Positions 1-9,597 of a DNA stretch of 64,000 bases are shown here, piece after piece. Position 1 is the stretch's first letter. Each line of letters begins with the position of its first letter. The DNA is from Halobacteriovoraceae bacterium (lineage in GTDB: Bacteria > Bdellovibrionota > Bacteriovoracia > Bacteriovoracales > Bacteriovoracaceae): positions 512,001 to 576,000 of the forward strand of contig CAVRCF010000005.1 of NCBI GenBank assembly GCA_963719505.1. The letters run 5' to 3'. Below the pieces are notes generated by a model, which was not told the origin of the DNA, ran no database searches, and saw only the letters and a list, made by a program, of their open reading frames with translations. Both the position numbers and the translations under genes were made by a program.

Positions 1-1
1 T

Positions 2-595
2 AGAGTGACTTGTTCCACAGTACTCAGTACAATAGATTCTATAATCTCCAAGCTTATTGGCCGTAAAAGTGATCTTTGATCTCATTCCAGGAACGGTATC
101 TCTTTTCACTCTGAATGACGGAATATTAAAACTATGAAGAACGTCGACAGAAGTCATATCCAATAAAATTGGCGTATCAATTGGAATATACATGATGTCT
201 GTAGCTGAAACTTCTTTCTTGTCTTTTTCGTAGGTAAATTCCCAAAGCCACTGCTTACCAGTGATTTTAATTTTGTAGGCGTTGTCTGGGACTTCGTTCA
301 TCTTATAATAAGCGATAAGACCCCATACAGCGATACCAACAAAAATAATCGTTGGGATAACCGTCCAAATTGTTTCGGCTAAAGTATTATGAGGGATGTA
401 AGCTGATTTATCATTATTCGATTTATGATAACGAATAACGAAAAAAATCATCGCGGACATTAGTCCAACAAACCCTAAAATACTTAAAATCATGACAACA
501 CCATAAAGATCATCAACTAAATGAGCTTGCGTACTCGCTTGCTCAGGTAGAGAAAATCCAAATAGCATGTACAGAATTTCACTCATTTTTTCCAT
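2..595 (-). CDS. coxB: cytochrome c oxidase subunit II (3' end beyond window)
   Basis: Manual translation of the minus strand from ATG 595 (or 586): two TM helices (ETIWTVIPTII), TGKQWLWEFTY, DVLHSF and the CuA motif CTEYCGTSHS at the window edge. Not in the ORF track because it is truncated. Confidence 0.93.
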   Translation of the reverse strand, partial: MEKMSEILYMLFGFSLPEQASTQAHLVDDLYGVVMILSILGFVGLMSAMIFFVIRYHKSNNDKSAYIPHNTLAETIWTVIPTIIFVGIAVWGLIAYYKMNEVPDNAYKIKITGKQWLWEFTYEKDKKEVSATDIMYIPIDTPILLDMTSVDVLHSFNIPSFRVKRDTVPGMRSKITFTANKLGDYRIYCTEYCGTSHS

Positions 596-606
596 ACCAC
601 ATTCCT

Positions 607-1464
607 TTAAGTTTGTTTTCGTTGCTTTTCTTTACGCCATACTACAAAGAAGAAAATCAATAGCACTATGACAATGAGAACCGCTCCTACTCGCATAAGA
701 TTATAAGCGTAAAATGCATAAGTTTTTTTCTCTGGATCATACTGGAGACAAAAAAGAAGAACCTTATCAATGACAGATCCAATTTTACCTTCACTTGCCT
801 CAACCAACGAGAGTCTAAGAACTTTCGGTTGGATGTTTAATCCAAAGTGGTAATAAGATAGCTTACCGCCCGGAGTTGCAATATAAGCCGCAGCAGCGTG
901 GGCCCATTCTTGCTGTTCAGCATTCCAAGCATATCTAAAACCAATTGTTTTTGTTATTTGATCAATACTTTTCTGAGTCCCTGTTAAAAAATGCCATCCT
1001 TTTGCTCCAGCATCACCATACTCATTTAAGTAGGCTTTCTTTTTCATCTGTGCAACTTTTGGACTCTCCGCTGGATCAATACTAACGGCGACAAATTCAT
1101 AATCTTTACCAATTTTTAACTTAAGCTCTTTAAATGTCTGCAACAAAGTATTTAAATGAGTATTACAAAGCGTTGGACACTTATAATAAATGAGCATAAG
1201 AAAAACTGGTTTATCACCAAAGTACTTCCCAAGCTTAACCACTTCACCGATTTCATCAGTAAAAGGAAGCTCTAGATCCAACTGCGCACCAAGATGTTCG
1301 TCGATACCAACCTCGTCCATAAAAGCTGGTCTCTCGTTCTTGGCACCTTTCAATTCATTTTGATCGAGAGGTCCTGCCCCACCGATGGCGAAAACGTTTA
1401 TGCTAGCGCACAAAAGAATTAGCAAAGTGATGGCTTTTAGCAATGTTAACTTTAACGCGCTCAT
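607..1464 (-). CDS. SCO1/SenC family copper chaperone
   Basis: YYKCPTLC (CxxxC), SIDP, WHFLTG, conserved His (AHAA) and a C-terminal TM anchor; directly upstream of coxB. Confidence 0.9.
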   Translation of the reverse strand: MSALKLTLLKAITLLILLCASINVFAIGGAGPLDQNELKGAKNERPAFMDEVGIDEHLGAQLDLELPFTDEIGEVVKLGKYFGDKPVFLMLIYYKCPTLCNTHLNTLLQTFKELKLKIGKDYEFVAVSIDPAESPKVAQMKKKAYLNEYGDAGAKGWHFLTGTQKSIDQITKTIGFRYAWNAEQQEWAHAAAAYIATPGGKLSYYHFGLNIQPKVLRLSLVEASEGKIGSVIDKVLLFCLQYDPEKKTYAFYAYNLMRVGAVLIVIVLLIFFFVVWRKEKQRKQT

Positions 1465-1578
1465 ATCTATACTTTGATAATGGTTTTTTACTCAATATTA
1501 TTTTGACACAGTATCGACAAAAATAGCTAATCAGGCAAGTATAAAAAGGCTTAAACAGGTGATAATTCTAAGATAATT

Positions 1579-2610
1579 CTAAGCAGCAATCGGAGGACTT
1601 TCCTTCATTTTACTGTGCGCATAAAAAGAAAGAATAACTAAAACACACGCCCCAAGCTGATGCAAAAGTGCGACAGATAAAGGTATTGAATAAATGATCG
1701 TTACAACACCAAGCACAAACTGCAGATGAATCATTCCAGCAAGCATTTTAAAAGATCGTTTTTGTTCAGGAGTATTAAGTTTTTTCTTATAGAAAATAAA
1801 AATAAAAGAGAAGAAAAACAAACACCATCCGCCCATGCGGTGAATGAATTGAATCATCGTTCTATTTTCTAGAAAATTCTCGATGAGAGATGGGTAAGAT
1901 AAAATAGCGTCAGGAATCCAGCTTCGCCCCATTTTTGGAAATGTATTGTACCCTACTCCCGCATCCAATCCAGCTACAAATGCTCCATAGATGATTTGAA
2001 AAGCCAGAAGAACAATAAAAACAACAACAATATTTCGCCCAGTTTTATGAGTGGAAACTTTATCGTCTTGATTTTTCTTAAGACCAAATATAATCCACGA
2101 GATGTAACCGATGATCAAAAATGCAAGCCCTAAGTGAGCTGCCAATCTAAAATGAGAGACATCTGGCCTATCAACTAATCCAGACTTCACCATATACCAT
2201 CCTAGTAATCCTTGTAATCCGCCTAAAATGAAAGCGACAAGAAGTTTAAGATTCAAAGAGCGCGATACCTTTTTCTTTACGACAAAGTATAAGTAAGGAA
2301 AAAAGAAAACCAACCCTATTAGTCTTCCCCATAAGCGATGAAAATATTCCCAAAAAAATATAGATTTAAAGTCTGAAAGGGACATCCCTTGATTGATTTT
2401 GATGTATTCAGGAGAGAGTCTGTAGTCGTTAAAAACCTTCATCCACTCAGCTTCGTTAAGAGGTGGTATAGAACCCATTAAAGGTCTCCAATCCACCATC
2501 GACAACCCTGAGTCGGTCAATCTTGTAATCCCACCTATCATCACCATGGTAAAGACCATGATGCACACGATAATTAACCAGATAATGATAGGGCGATTAT
2601 TTTTTGTCAT
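1579..2610 (-). CDS. ctaA: heme A synthase (COX15/CtaA)
   Basis: GGITRLTDSGLSM, FFWEYFHRLWGR, QGLLGWYMVKSGL, RLAAHL, QFIHR and LHQ motifs; multi-TM. Confidence 0.95.
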   Translation of the reverse strand: MTKNNRPIIIWLIIVCIMVFTMVMIGGITRLTDSGLSMVDWRPLMGSIPPLNEAEWMKVFNDYRLSPEYIKINQGMSLSDFKSIFFWEYFHRLWGRLIGLVFFFPYLYFVVKKKVSRSLNLKLLVAFILGGLQGLLGWYMVKSGLVDRPDVSHFRLAAHLGLAFLIIGYISWIIFGLKKNQDDKVSTHKTGRNIVVVFIVLLAFQIIYGAFVAGLDAGVGYNTFPKMGRSWIPDAILSYPSLIENFLENRTMIQFIHRMGGWCLFFFSFIFIFYKKKLNTPEQKRSFKMLAGMIHLQFVLGVVTIIYSIPLSVALLHQLGACVLVILSFYAHSKMKESPPIAA

Positions 2611-3050
2611 TATTTAATATTTAGAACTTTGAAAGTTGTAATTTTACCTTTTGGTGTCTTAGCAACAGAGTCGATATATTTAACCATAGCTTGAACTTCT
2701 TCTTTGCTCATTTGGTGCTCAGCCATCATATTTGGCTTGTACATTTGGTAAAGAGAGTAAGCAACTTTGTCACCATAAACGATAGCTTTCCCGTTGAGAG
2801 TCCCTTTCTTCTCACCGTAGTCTTCTTCATCGGCATCACCATTGATCATTCCCTCTGGGTAGTTAATAAATTTAACCATCCATTCAACAGTACGTCTTTT
2901 GCCAACACCCGCAAGATCTGGACCTGTTTTATCGCCCGTACCAATATTGTGGCAAGTGGCACAGTTTCCTTTGAAAACTTTCTCAGCATCATAAGCAAAA
3001 GCTTGAACTGATAAGAGAAGTAAAGTTGTGATTAATAAGTTTATTTTCAT
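2610..3050 (-). CDS. periplasmic monoheme cytochrome c
   Basis: Signal peptide from MKINLL (ATG 3050), CATCH, GPDL, distal Met (PNMM); its stop overlaps the ctaA start (TAATG). Confidence 0.88.
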   Translation of the reverse strand: MKINLLITTLLLLSVQAFAYDAEKVFKGNCATCHNIGTGDKTGPDLAGVGKRRTVEWMVKFINYPEGMINGDADEEDYGEKKGTLNGKAIVYGDKVAYSLYQMYKPNMMAEHQMSKEEVQAMVKYIDSVAKTPKGKITTFKVLNIK

Positions 3051-3166
3051 GTGTAACCCCTTTTTTGTAGTTAAGGCGAATATAAACCCAAAACAGTTAA
3101 ATGTAAGCATAAAATCCCCTAGATATCGCTATTTTCGGTCTGCGTCTAATTTCTGCCAAAGCGAGT

Positions 3167-3193
3167 TAAAGTCCCTCGAATAAAAGCCGAAAA
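3167..3193 (+). promoter_or_regulatory. sigma28 (FliA)-type promoter
   Basis: TAAA-N15-GCCGAAAA, 34 nt before ATG 3228. Confidence 0.6.
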
Positions 3194-3227
3194 GACTTAC
3201 TGACACAACTTATGAAAAGGATTTCAA

Positions 3228-3905
3228 ATGCACACGACAACAAAAACTCCCAAATCTTGGGTTTTAAAACTACCATTTTTATTTATTCTTTTGTTTGCCA
3301 GCTCCTCTTGTCTAACTCAAGGAGAGACTCCGAAAATTCCAGGTCTCGATGGTCCTAACTTTAATATTATCGACGGAAAGATTCTTCTATCGGTGGGCCT
3401 TGAAAATGTCGAACTTCCAGTCGCCCTCACTCTTCCTCTACCGAAGATGAAAAACTCTTCTGTAACCCTTGGTACAAGGCTTGAAGGTGGATCGATGATT
3501 CAAGTGGCGTTTGATCTTAATGATGTCAAAAGTGATGTTTTCAGGATCGTTCCAGGACAGACTCTACCGGATGGAAGAGCTTTCCCATTTATTATGGGAG
3601 GAGAACTTCCTGCACTCGCTTTTAATATTCCTAAAGCTTTTGATATGACATTTTATGCTTCAGATAAGGCATTTGGATTTTTTCTACCGGTAAAGCTGCC
3701 GGCTGAGTTCCAATACGGAGTCACCATGAGACTTAAAATAAATGAAAAAAAAGTGGGTGTTTTTACCGTCGTTGGTAATAATGCTTACGGAGAAGGCTCA
3801 GGCCTGGTGCTTATGCTCACTTTACAAGAAATTGAATCAAACGAAGATCTTAAAGCTCTTTTGAAGTTTTCGAAGAGAAAGAAGAATAAAGACGTACTCT
3901 TTTAA
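3228..3905 (+). CDS. hypothetical lipoprotein
   Basis: Hydrophobic signal ending ASSSC, AAGGA RBS, followed by a terminator. Confidence 0.7.
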   Translation: MHTTTKTPKSWVLKLPFLFILLFASSSCLTQGETPKIPGLDGPNFNIIDGKILLSVGLENVELPVALTLPLPKMKNSSVTLGTRLEGGSMIQVAFDLNDVKSDVFRIVPGQTLPDGRAFPFIMGGELPALAFNIPKAFDMTFYASDKAFGFFLPVKLPAEFQYGVTMRLKINEKKVGVFTVVGNNAYGEGSGLVLMLTLQEIESNEDLKALLKFSKRKKNKDVLF

Positions 3906-3914
3906 TAAAATCAA

Positions 3915-3943
3915 AAGGTTAGCCCTCGGGCTAGCCTTCTTTT
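3915..3943 (+). terminator. Rho-independent terminator
   Basis: AAGGTTAGCCC-TC-GGGCTAGCCTT followed by CTTTT. Confidence 0.75.
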
Positions 3944-3950
3944 AACATGT

Positions 3951-3979
3951 GTAGATTTGTAACTGCTCAATAAAGTGTT
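3951..3979. repeat. left TSD (8 bp) plus left terminal inverted repeat (21 bp)
   Basis: GTAGATTT followed by GTAACTGCTCAATAAAGTGTT. Confidence 0.92.
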
Positions 3980-5708
3980 CTTCAAATCTTTAAAAATATT
4001 TATTTTGAACTAAACATCAGAAATTGTTTGGCCATCCATCTCTTTTTTGTAAATATATCTCCATGGCATTTGATGAATTAAAAAACATGGCAATGGGATG
4101 GGTAAATACTTGGAATAAAGGCAAACTCAAAAGAAAGTTAAAAGAGACTGCTCAGCGTGCTGTAGACCTTACTATAGAAAATTCAGAGTTGGAAAAAAAG
4201 AATAGTGAACTCATAGATGAAGTTCGTCGTCTCAAAGGTGAAAAAGAAAAACCTAAAATAAAGCCAACAAATACTAGTGACCTAAATCCACCTCCGAAGA
4301 AAGAACATAAGAAAAAGTCTAAAAAGAAAGATATCGAAGTTGATGAAGAGATTGAAATTTCTCCAGATAAAAATGAACTCCCTAAAGACGCTAAATTCAT
4401 CGGTTCTAGAGATGTTGTGGTCCAAGAAATAGTATTTAATCGCAGAAATATAAAATTCTCTATTAAGAGATATTACTCTGAAAGTCTCGGTAGAGTTATC
4501 GAAGGTGAGATACCTTCAGGTTTCAAGGGCCATCAGTTTGGTCCTAAACTTCGGTCCCACATTCTTTATTTGAATTACAAATTAAGAGTTCCCCACGAAA
4601 AGATTAGAGAAATGCTCTCTGAGCTGAAAATTGATATTAGTGCAGGAACTATAAATTCAATTCTAAATAACCTGACTGATGACTTTCAGGTTGATCTGGA
4701 ATCCGCAAGACATGCAGGACTAAAAAGAGATTCGAAAGTTCATATCGATGATACTGGGGCGAAAGTTAATGGAGTAAAAGCTTACACATTTGGAGTAAGC
4801 CATAAGTACTTTACTAGCTTCACTACGAGTTTTGAAAAGAATCGTTGGGCATCGGTGGGAGCACTCTTTGGAGGTGAGCAAAGGTTTATTTTCGATAGAG
4901 CTGCAATTGATTTTATTGGTAAGAAACTAAAACGTCCCAAGGTTACAGTATTTTTTAACCTTCTAGAAAAGAAGATAAGTTTTAGTCGAGAAGAATTAGA
5001 GGTCTTTTTTGAAGATTCGACTTTCTCAGATGTAACTAAAAAACAAAAAGATATCGTTAGAACTGCTGGTGCACTTAGTTATGCGAACTCTAGAGCGAAT
5101 GGACCACCAATAAGATTTTTAATCTCAGATGAAGGGACAAATTTTAATGGGCTTCATAGGAACCATCAGCTTTGTTGGGTGCATGAGATTCGTAAATATA
5201 AGCTATGTGAGGTTTTCAAAAGAATAGAGAGTGAAACCCTTGAGAAATTGGTTCGTCAGTGGAGAGCTTTTTATAAGCTCATGAAGAGGTACAGGAATAA
5301 TCCTGACGCCGTTAAGAGAATACAGATTCGATCAGAATTTGAGAGGATCACGTCTTTAAAAACATTAGTTAAACCACTGGATGCACAGCTTGGAAGAACA
5401 AGAAAGAATAGAGATAAACTTTTACTATTTTTGAAATACCCACAACTTCCTCTGGATAATAACCTTTGCGAAAGAGACCTTCGAGAACGAGTGATAAAAA
5501 GAAAAATCTCACTTCAAAACCGCTCATTGAAAGGAATGAAGTCTTGGGACTTGATGCTTTCACTGGCCTCAACTTGTAGAAAAATAAATTTGAGTTTTTG
5601 GCGATATTTAGAAGATCGAATCTCCCAACGAGAAGAAATTCCATACCTGGGCAAGCTAGTTCAAGCTATTTAAATCCTATAAATTTAAACACAATATTGA
5701 GCAGTTAC
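3959..5708 (+). mobile_element. IS66-family insertion sequence (single-ORF, ISBst12-like), 1750 bp
   Basis: Left IR GTAACTGCTCAATAAAGTGTT (3959-3979) and right IR rc GTAACTGCTCAATATTGTGTT (5688-5708), 19/21 identical. GTAA ends and 8 bp TSD GTAGATTT (3951-3958, 5709-5716) are typical of IS66. Confidence 0.93.
4063..5673 (+). CDS. IS66-family DDE transposase
   Basis: N-terminal coiled coil, FGPKLRS, HIDDTG, LISD, HQLCWVHEIR, LPLDNNLCERDLRERVIKRKIS. ATG 4063 preferred over TTG 4024. Confidence 0.92.
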   Translation: MAFDELKNMAMGWVNTWNKGKLKRKLKETAQRAVDLTIENSELEKKNSELIDEVRRLKGEKEKPKIKPTNTSDLNPPPKKEHKKKSKKKDIEVDEEIEISPDKNELPKDAKFIGSRDVVVQEIVFNRRNIKFSIKRYYSESLGRVIEGEIPSGFKGHQFGPKLRSHILYLNYKLRVPHEKIREMLSELKIDISAGTINSILNNLTDDFQVDLESARHAGLKRDSKVHIDDTGAKVNGVKAYTFGVSHKYFTSFTTSFEKNRWASVGALFGGEQRFIFDRAAIDFIGKKLKRPKVTVFFNLLEKKISFSREELEVFFEDSTFSDVTKKQKDIVRTAGALSYANSRANGPPIRFLISDEGTNFNGLHRNHQLCWVHEIRKYKLCEVFKRIESETLEKLVRQWRAFYKLMKRYRNNPDAVKRIQIRSEFERITSLKTLVKPLDAQLGRTRKNRDKLLLFLKYPQLPLDNNLCERDLRERVIKRKISLQNRSLKGMKSWDLMLSLASTCRKINLSFWRYLEDRISQREEIPYLGKLVQAI

Positions 5709-5716
5709 GTAGATTT
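5688..5716. repeat. right terminal inverted repeat plus right TSD
   Basis: AACACAATATTGAGCAGTTAC followed by GTAGATTT. Confidence 0.92.
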
Positions 5717-5814
5717 CGTAACAATATGCTGATTGTCCTATAATTTTTTCAATTTACACCATCTCCCACTCTTAACATCATATTATAGTCTCAATACAAA
5801 TTTGAGGTAGAACC

Positions 5815-6960
5815 ATGATTAGACTTATCGTTTTATCTTTATTCTTGACCCTCATTTGCGCTTGCGGAAATGAAGCCATTGATAAAGCTAAAACTAATTC
5901 TATTACAAGCGAAAGTAGTGTTGAGGATAAGAAGCTCTCTGAATCTGAAATAATAGGCGAAGAGCTTATTAGTGCAATTGCTAATCAAGATGAGATTCTA
6001 GTGAAGCAAGCTATCATCTCTGGTGCAAATACCAACTACGTATCAGCATCAGGAAAAACGCCTCTAACTCTCGCAGCAAAGTATGGATTCACAAAAATAA
6101 CTCTTATCTTAATTCAAAATGGGGCCAATCTTAATACCGAGAATTGGTTTGGTCAGTACCCTATAACTGAAGCAGCTTCAAACAACCATAGAACACTTTT
6201 AAAGCTTTTGGTTCAATTTGGTTCAAACATAAACCAATTTGATTCAAACGGTCAGTCTGCACTTTCCATAGCTCTTAAGGCAAAAAATTACCTCCTGGCA
6301 AATACCATTATTAATCTTGGAGGAGACATAGAAGTTATCGATAAGGATGGAAACTCAGCCCTTGATATCGCTTTAAGAGAGAAGATTGAAGATGCAATTC
6401 CGCTTCTCCATGATGTAGCTAGGGTGAGACAATCCGGATTAAGCGTTGATCATCTGTTAGAAATCATTACAGACAAACGCATGACTTCATTTAAATACCT
6501 TTTACAAAACATCGAGTTCTCCCAAGAAATTAAAAATTCAAATTTGGTCTTTGATGTTTTAAATATTAAAACTTCTTATTATCGAAATTCATTTTTAAAC
6601 TCTCTTATCAAAAATGGCTTTAATATAAATGGAGATTCTGGCAACAACGTTCCACTCATTCAGGCCGTTAGCCTCAGAGACTTTGATTCTGTAAAGGTTC
6701 TCCTTGACGCTGGAGCTGAAGTAAATATTTTAAACAGAAGTAAAAGAACGGCTTTAACTTACGCCATTAGTGATCTTTCACCGACAATGGTTAATCTTCT
6801 TTTTAAAGCAAATGCTACTCGCTTTTATGAAACCGACATAGAGAGACGATTTTTTATCGATGCCTGCAATTTTCTTCCTAATGTTGGTGGATTCCTCATG
6901 CGAAGAAATGACGAAAAGATTGAAAAGAAAAGAGAGATTAAAAAAATCTTAGATTGCTAG
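5815..6960 (+). CDS. ankyrin-repeat lipoprotein
   Basis: Lipobox ICAC; ankyrin-like repeats GKTPLTLAA, GQSALSIAL, GNSALDIAL, TALTYA; GAGG RBS. Confidence 0.85.
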   Translation: MIRLIVLSLFLTLICACGNEAIDKAKTNSITSESSVEDKKLSESEIIGEELISAIANQDEILVKQAIISGANTNYVSASGKTPLTLAAKYGFTKITLILIQNGANLNTENWFGQYPITEAASNNHRTLLKLLVQFGSNINQFDSNGQSALSIALKAKNYLLANTIINLGGDIEVIDKDGNSALDIALREKIEDAIPLLHDVARVRQSGLSVDHLLEIITDKRMTSFKYLLQNIEFSQEIKNSNLVFDVLNIKTSYYRNSFLNSLIKNGFNINGDSGNNVPLIQAVSLRDFDSVKVLLDAGAEVNILNRSKRTALTYAISDLSPTMVNLLFKANATRFYETDIERRFFIDACNFLPNVGGFLMRRNDEKIEKKREIKKILDC

Positions 6961-8255
6961 TCAGCTTTTTTCCAAGGTGCAACTTTAAAAAGTAAAAGCA
7001 TTCCCGGAATCGCAAAAAGTGTGCAGACATAAAAGTAACTAGTGTAACCGATGCCATTTAATGTTCCAAAAATTTCATAAAAGAGACCATCCGTCACCTT
7101 TACACCTTCGATCATTAAACCTGATATGACCCCTGAAAAAGATTTTGGTATAGCAAAAAGTGAGGTCAATAAAGCCAGTTGGGTTCCAGTGAAGTTTTTA
7201 TTGGTGTTTTTTGCGATATAGGCCATCAAAGCCGCTGAGCCAAGTCCAACACCAAGATACTCAAAAGCCACTACAACTCCCAAAGCAAAAACGTCGGGAC
7301 CTATTTCATTGAGGGCCGCAAAACCCAAGATCGATGCCATTTGAACAAAACCAAAAATCCAAAGTGATTTATTGATGCCTATTTTAAACATCAAAGCGCC
7401 GCCCATAAAACCACCGACAACCATCGACCAGATAGCAACAGTCTTCGTCACTCCTCCGATCACAGACATGGAAAAGCCGACATCAATATAGAATGGTGTT
7501 ATTAAAGAAGTTGCAACGGTATCGCCAAATTTATAAAATAAAATAAATAACAAAATATAAAAACCAGTTCCAAAACCATCACGATTAAAAAACTCTCTAA
7601 AAGGCTCAATCACAGCTTCCGTTAAAGTCTTTGGGGCCACAACCTCATCTTTAATCTCAGAGATGACAAAAGAGTAGATCACTCCCATAAACATAAAAAG
7701 GCCAATAATAAGAAAGACATATTTCCATGCCATCACATCAGAGAGAATAAGCCCAAGGGAGCCCGGTATAAAAGCGGAAAGTCTATAGGCATTAGCGTAA
7801 TAGGCATTACCAAGACCCAGTTCATTGTCCGGAAGAAGCTCTCTTCTATAGGCATCTAAAACAATATCCTGAGTCGCAGAGAAGGCACCGATCGCAAGCC
7901 CAGCGTAAAGAACGTAGTCTATTTGGGATTGGGCATCAATGAAGGCGTAGGCGATCATCGAGAGCATGATAATAACTTGAGTAATAAGCATCCAACCTCT
8001 TCTTCTTCCTAAAAAAGGTGGAGTGTATCTATCCACAAGAGGGGCCCATAAAAATTTAAAAGAGTAAGGCAAAAGAACAAAACCAAAAAATCCTATTGTC
8101 TTTAAATCGACACCCTCTGAGCGAAGCCAAGCAGGGATAAGATTAACCAGAAAATAGATAGGCATACCGGCGGCAAATCCGTTAAAGATACAGTTGAGCA
8201 TTCTCTTATTAACGATGGCTTCTTTTAAAGAGAGTTTTTTTATGGAATTTACCAT
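6957..8255 (-). CDS. ampG: AmpG muropeptide MFS permease
   Basis: LPYSFKFLWAPLVDRY, LGRRRGW, SATQDIVLDAYRRE, FYKFGD, TQLALLTSL. Confidence 0.92.
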   Translation of the reverse strand: MVNSIKKLSLKEAIVNKRMLNCIFNGFAAGMPIYFLVNLIPAWLRSEGVDLKTIGFFGFVLLPYSFKFLWAPLVDRYTPPFLGRRRGWMLITQVIIMLSMIAYAFIDAQSQIDYVLYAGLAIGAFSATQDIVLDAYRRELLPDNELGLGNAYYANAYRLSAFIPGSLGLILSDVMAWKYVFLIIGLFMFMGVIYSFVISEIKDEVVAPKTLTEAVIEPFREFFNRDGFGTGFYILLFILFYKFGDTVATSLITPFYIDVGFSMSVIGGVTKTVAIWSMVVGGFMGGALMFKIGINKSLWIFGFVQMASILGFAALNEIGPDVFALGVVVAFEYLGVGLGSAALMAYIAKNTNKNFTGTQLALLTSLFAIPKSFSGVISGLMIEGVKVTDGLFYEIFGTLNGIGYTSYFYVCTLFAIPGMLLLFKVAPWKKAD

Positions 8256-8264
8256 GACAGCGGC

Positions 8265-9401
8265 CTAGGCATAAGTTTTATCTTTATATGAAAATGCTTT
8301 ATCCATAAACTTTGATTCCAGTTTACGGCTCGATTTTTTCTTGAGATTTATTTTTCGAAGATTAAACTTAAGCTTTTTGAGTTCGAGACCTATCGCCTTT
8401 GCTAACAGAGGCGGAACTGCATTTCCAATTTGTCTAAATTGAGCTGTTTGAGAGCCTTCAAAGATAAAGTTTGCAGGAAAGCTCTGGCAAGAAGCAGCTT
8501 CTCTCACGGTCAAATATCTCGCCTCTTCTGGGTGATAATACATAGATCTTGAAGTCAAAATAGTAGGCGCTGGTTTGTCCCACGCAAGTCTTTGGAGACG
8601 GGTTTGTCTAAATCTTTTTTCACTTATCTGGTCCCAGTCAACATCATAGCGCAGGCTTTTAGGGAGAAAGCTTATTTCGTCTTTCTCATACCGAATTCCC
8701 TGACCAGGTGGGATATGCTTGAGTCTTTTTTCATCTAGTTTATTTTTAATTGTTGCAGCTTCAATATTATGATTAAAAACCTTACCAGTTTTAGTTTCAA
8801 TATTTTGAAAGGCTTCAAGAACTGTTATTTCTGTTTTTTTAGCTCTTGCACCATGACTAACTTTTGGAAAAATAGGCTCGGCTTGCCTAACTCCCATAAT
8901 GATTGTTCGGCGTCTTTTACTTGGAACGCCATATTCTTCGGCGCTCATCACCCTAGCGTCCATCTCATAACCAAGTTTTTCAAAACTTTTAAAAATTGTT
9001 TTTAAAAGCTTCTCATTTTTCTTCGCAAGTATCCCCGTGACGTTCTCAAAGATCACAACCTTTGGATTGGTCAGTTTTACAATGCGAATAAATTGTTTAA
9101 AGAGAGAATTTCGCTCATCACTAGCATCACCTTTTCCAACCGTAGAGAAACCTTGGCAAGGAGGTCCACCCACGACCATATCAATTTGTTCAATATCAAT
9201 ATAGCTTGCAAGTTTAGCTTTTGAGAGTTTATGAATATCCATGCAAACTGCTTTTGCATGCTTGTGATTTTTAGCAAACGTTTCAACAGCATATTTGTCA
9301 AAATCGACACCAAGGACGCACTTATGTCCGGCCATCTCCAAGCCTTTGGAAAAACCACCACAACCAGAGAAGAGGTCTATAAATTTAAGAGAATTGGCCA
9401 T
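8265..9401 (-). CDS. DNA (cytosine-5)-methyltransferase, orphan
   Basis: C5-MTase motifs: DLFSGCGG (I), GGPPCQGFS (IV), FENV (VI), RRR (VIII), RYLTVREAA and QIGNAVPP (IX/X). Confidence 0.93.
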   Translation of the reverse strand: MANSLKFIDLFSGCGGFSKGLEMAGHKCVLGVDFDKYAVETFAKNHKHAKAVCMDIHKLSKAKLASYIDIEQIDMVVGGPPCQGFSTVGKGDASDERNSLFKQFIRIVKLTNPKVVIFENVTGILAKKNEKLLKTIFKSFEKLGYEMDARVMSAEEYGVPSKRRRTIIMGVRQAEPIFPKVSHGARAKKTEITVLEAFQNIETKTGKVFNHNIEAATIKNKLDEKRLKHIPPGQGIRYEKDEISFLPKSLRYDVDWDQISEKRFRQTRLQRLAWDKPAPTILTSRSMYYHPEEARYLTVREAASCQSFPANFIFEGSQTAQFRQIGNAVPPLLAKAIGLELKKLKFNLRKINLKKKSSRKLESKFMDKAFSYKDKTYA

Positions 9402-9428
9402 AAGCTCTCACAAATAAAATTATTTAGA

Positions 9429-9441
9429 TAAGTTATTGATT
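9429..9441 (-). promoter_or_regulatory. IHF-like binding site
   Basis: rc AATCAATAACTTA matches WATCAANNNNTTR, in the divergent MTase/GT2 intergenic region. Confidence 0.35.
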
Positions 9442-9597
9442 ATTCTAACTATTTCCTCCTTATCCTGTCCACTATTTTATCGTTATACCCCTTTCTCTCA
9501 AAGAGGAGTCTTTTCGAATTGAAAAAATCTCAAATCCTATAAGTCGATAATAAGAATGGAGATTCCCAAAAGATAATATATTAGCTAGTCTCTAGCG

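Noticed and set aside
1503-1520. TTGACACA and ATCGACAA shared with the actA upstream region (40746-40772)
   Set aside because: Order and spacing differ, and 8-mer matches are expected by chance in AT-rich DNA; not an FNR box.
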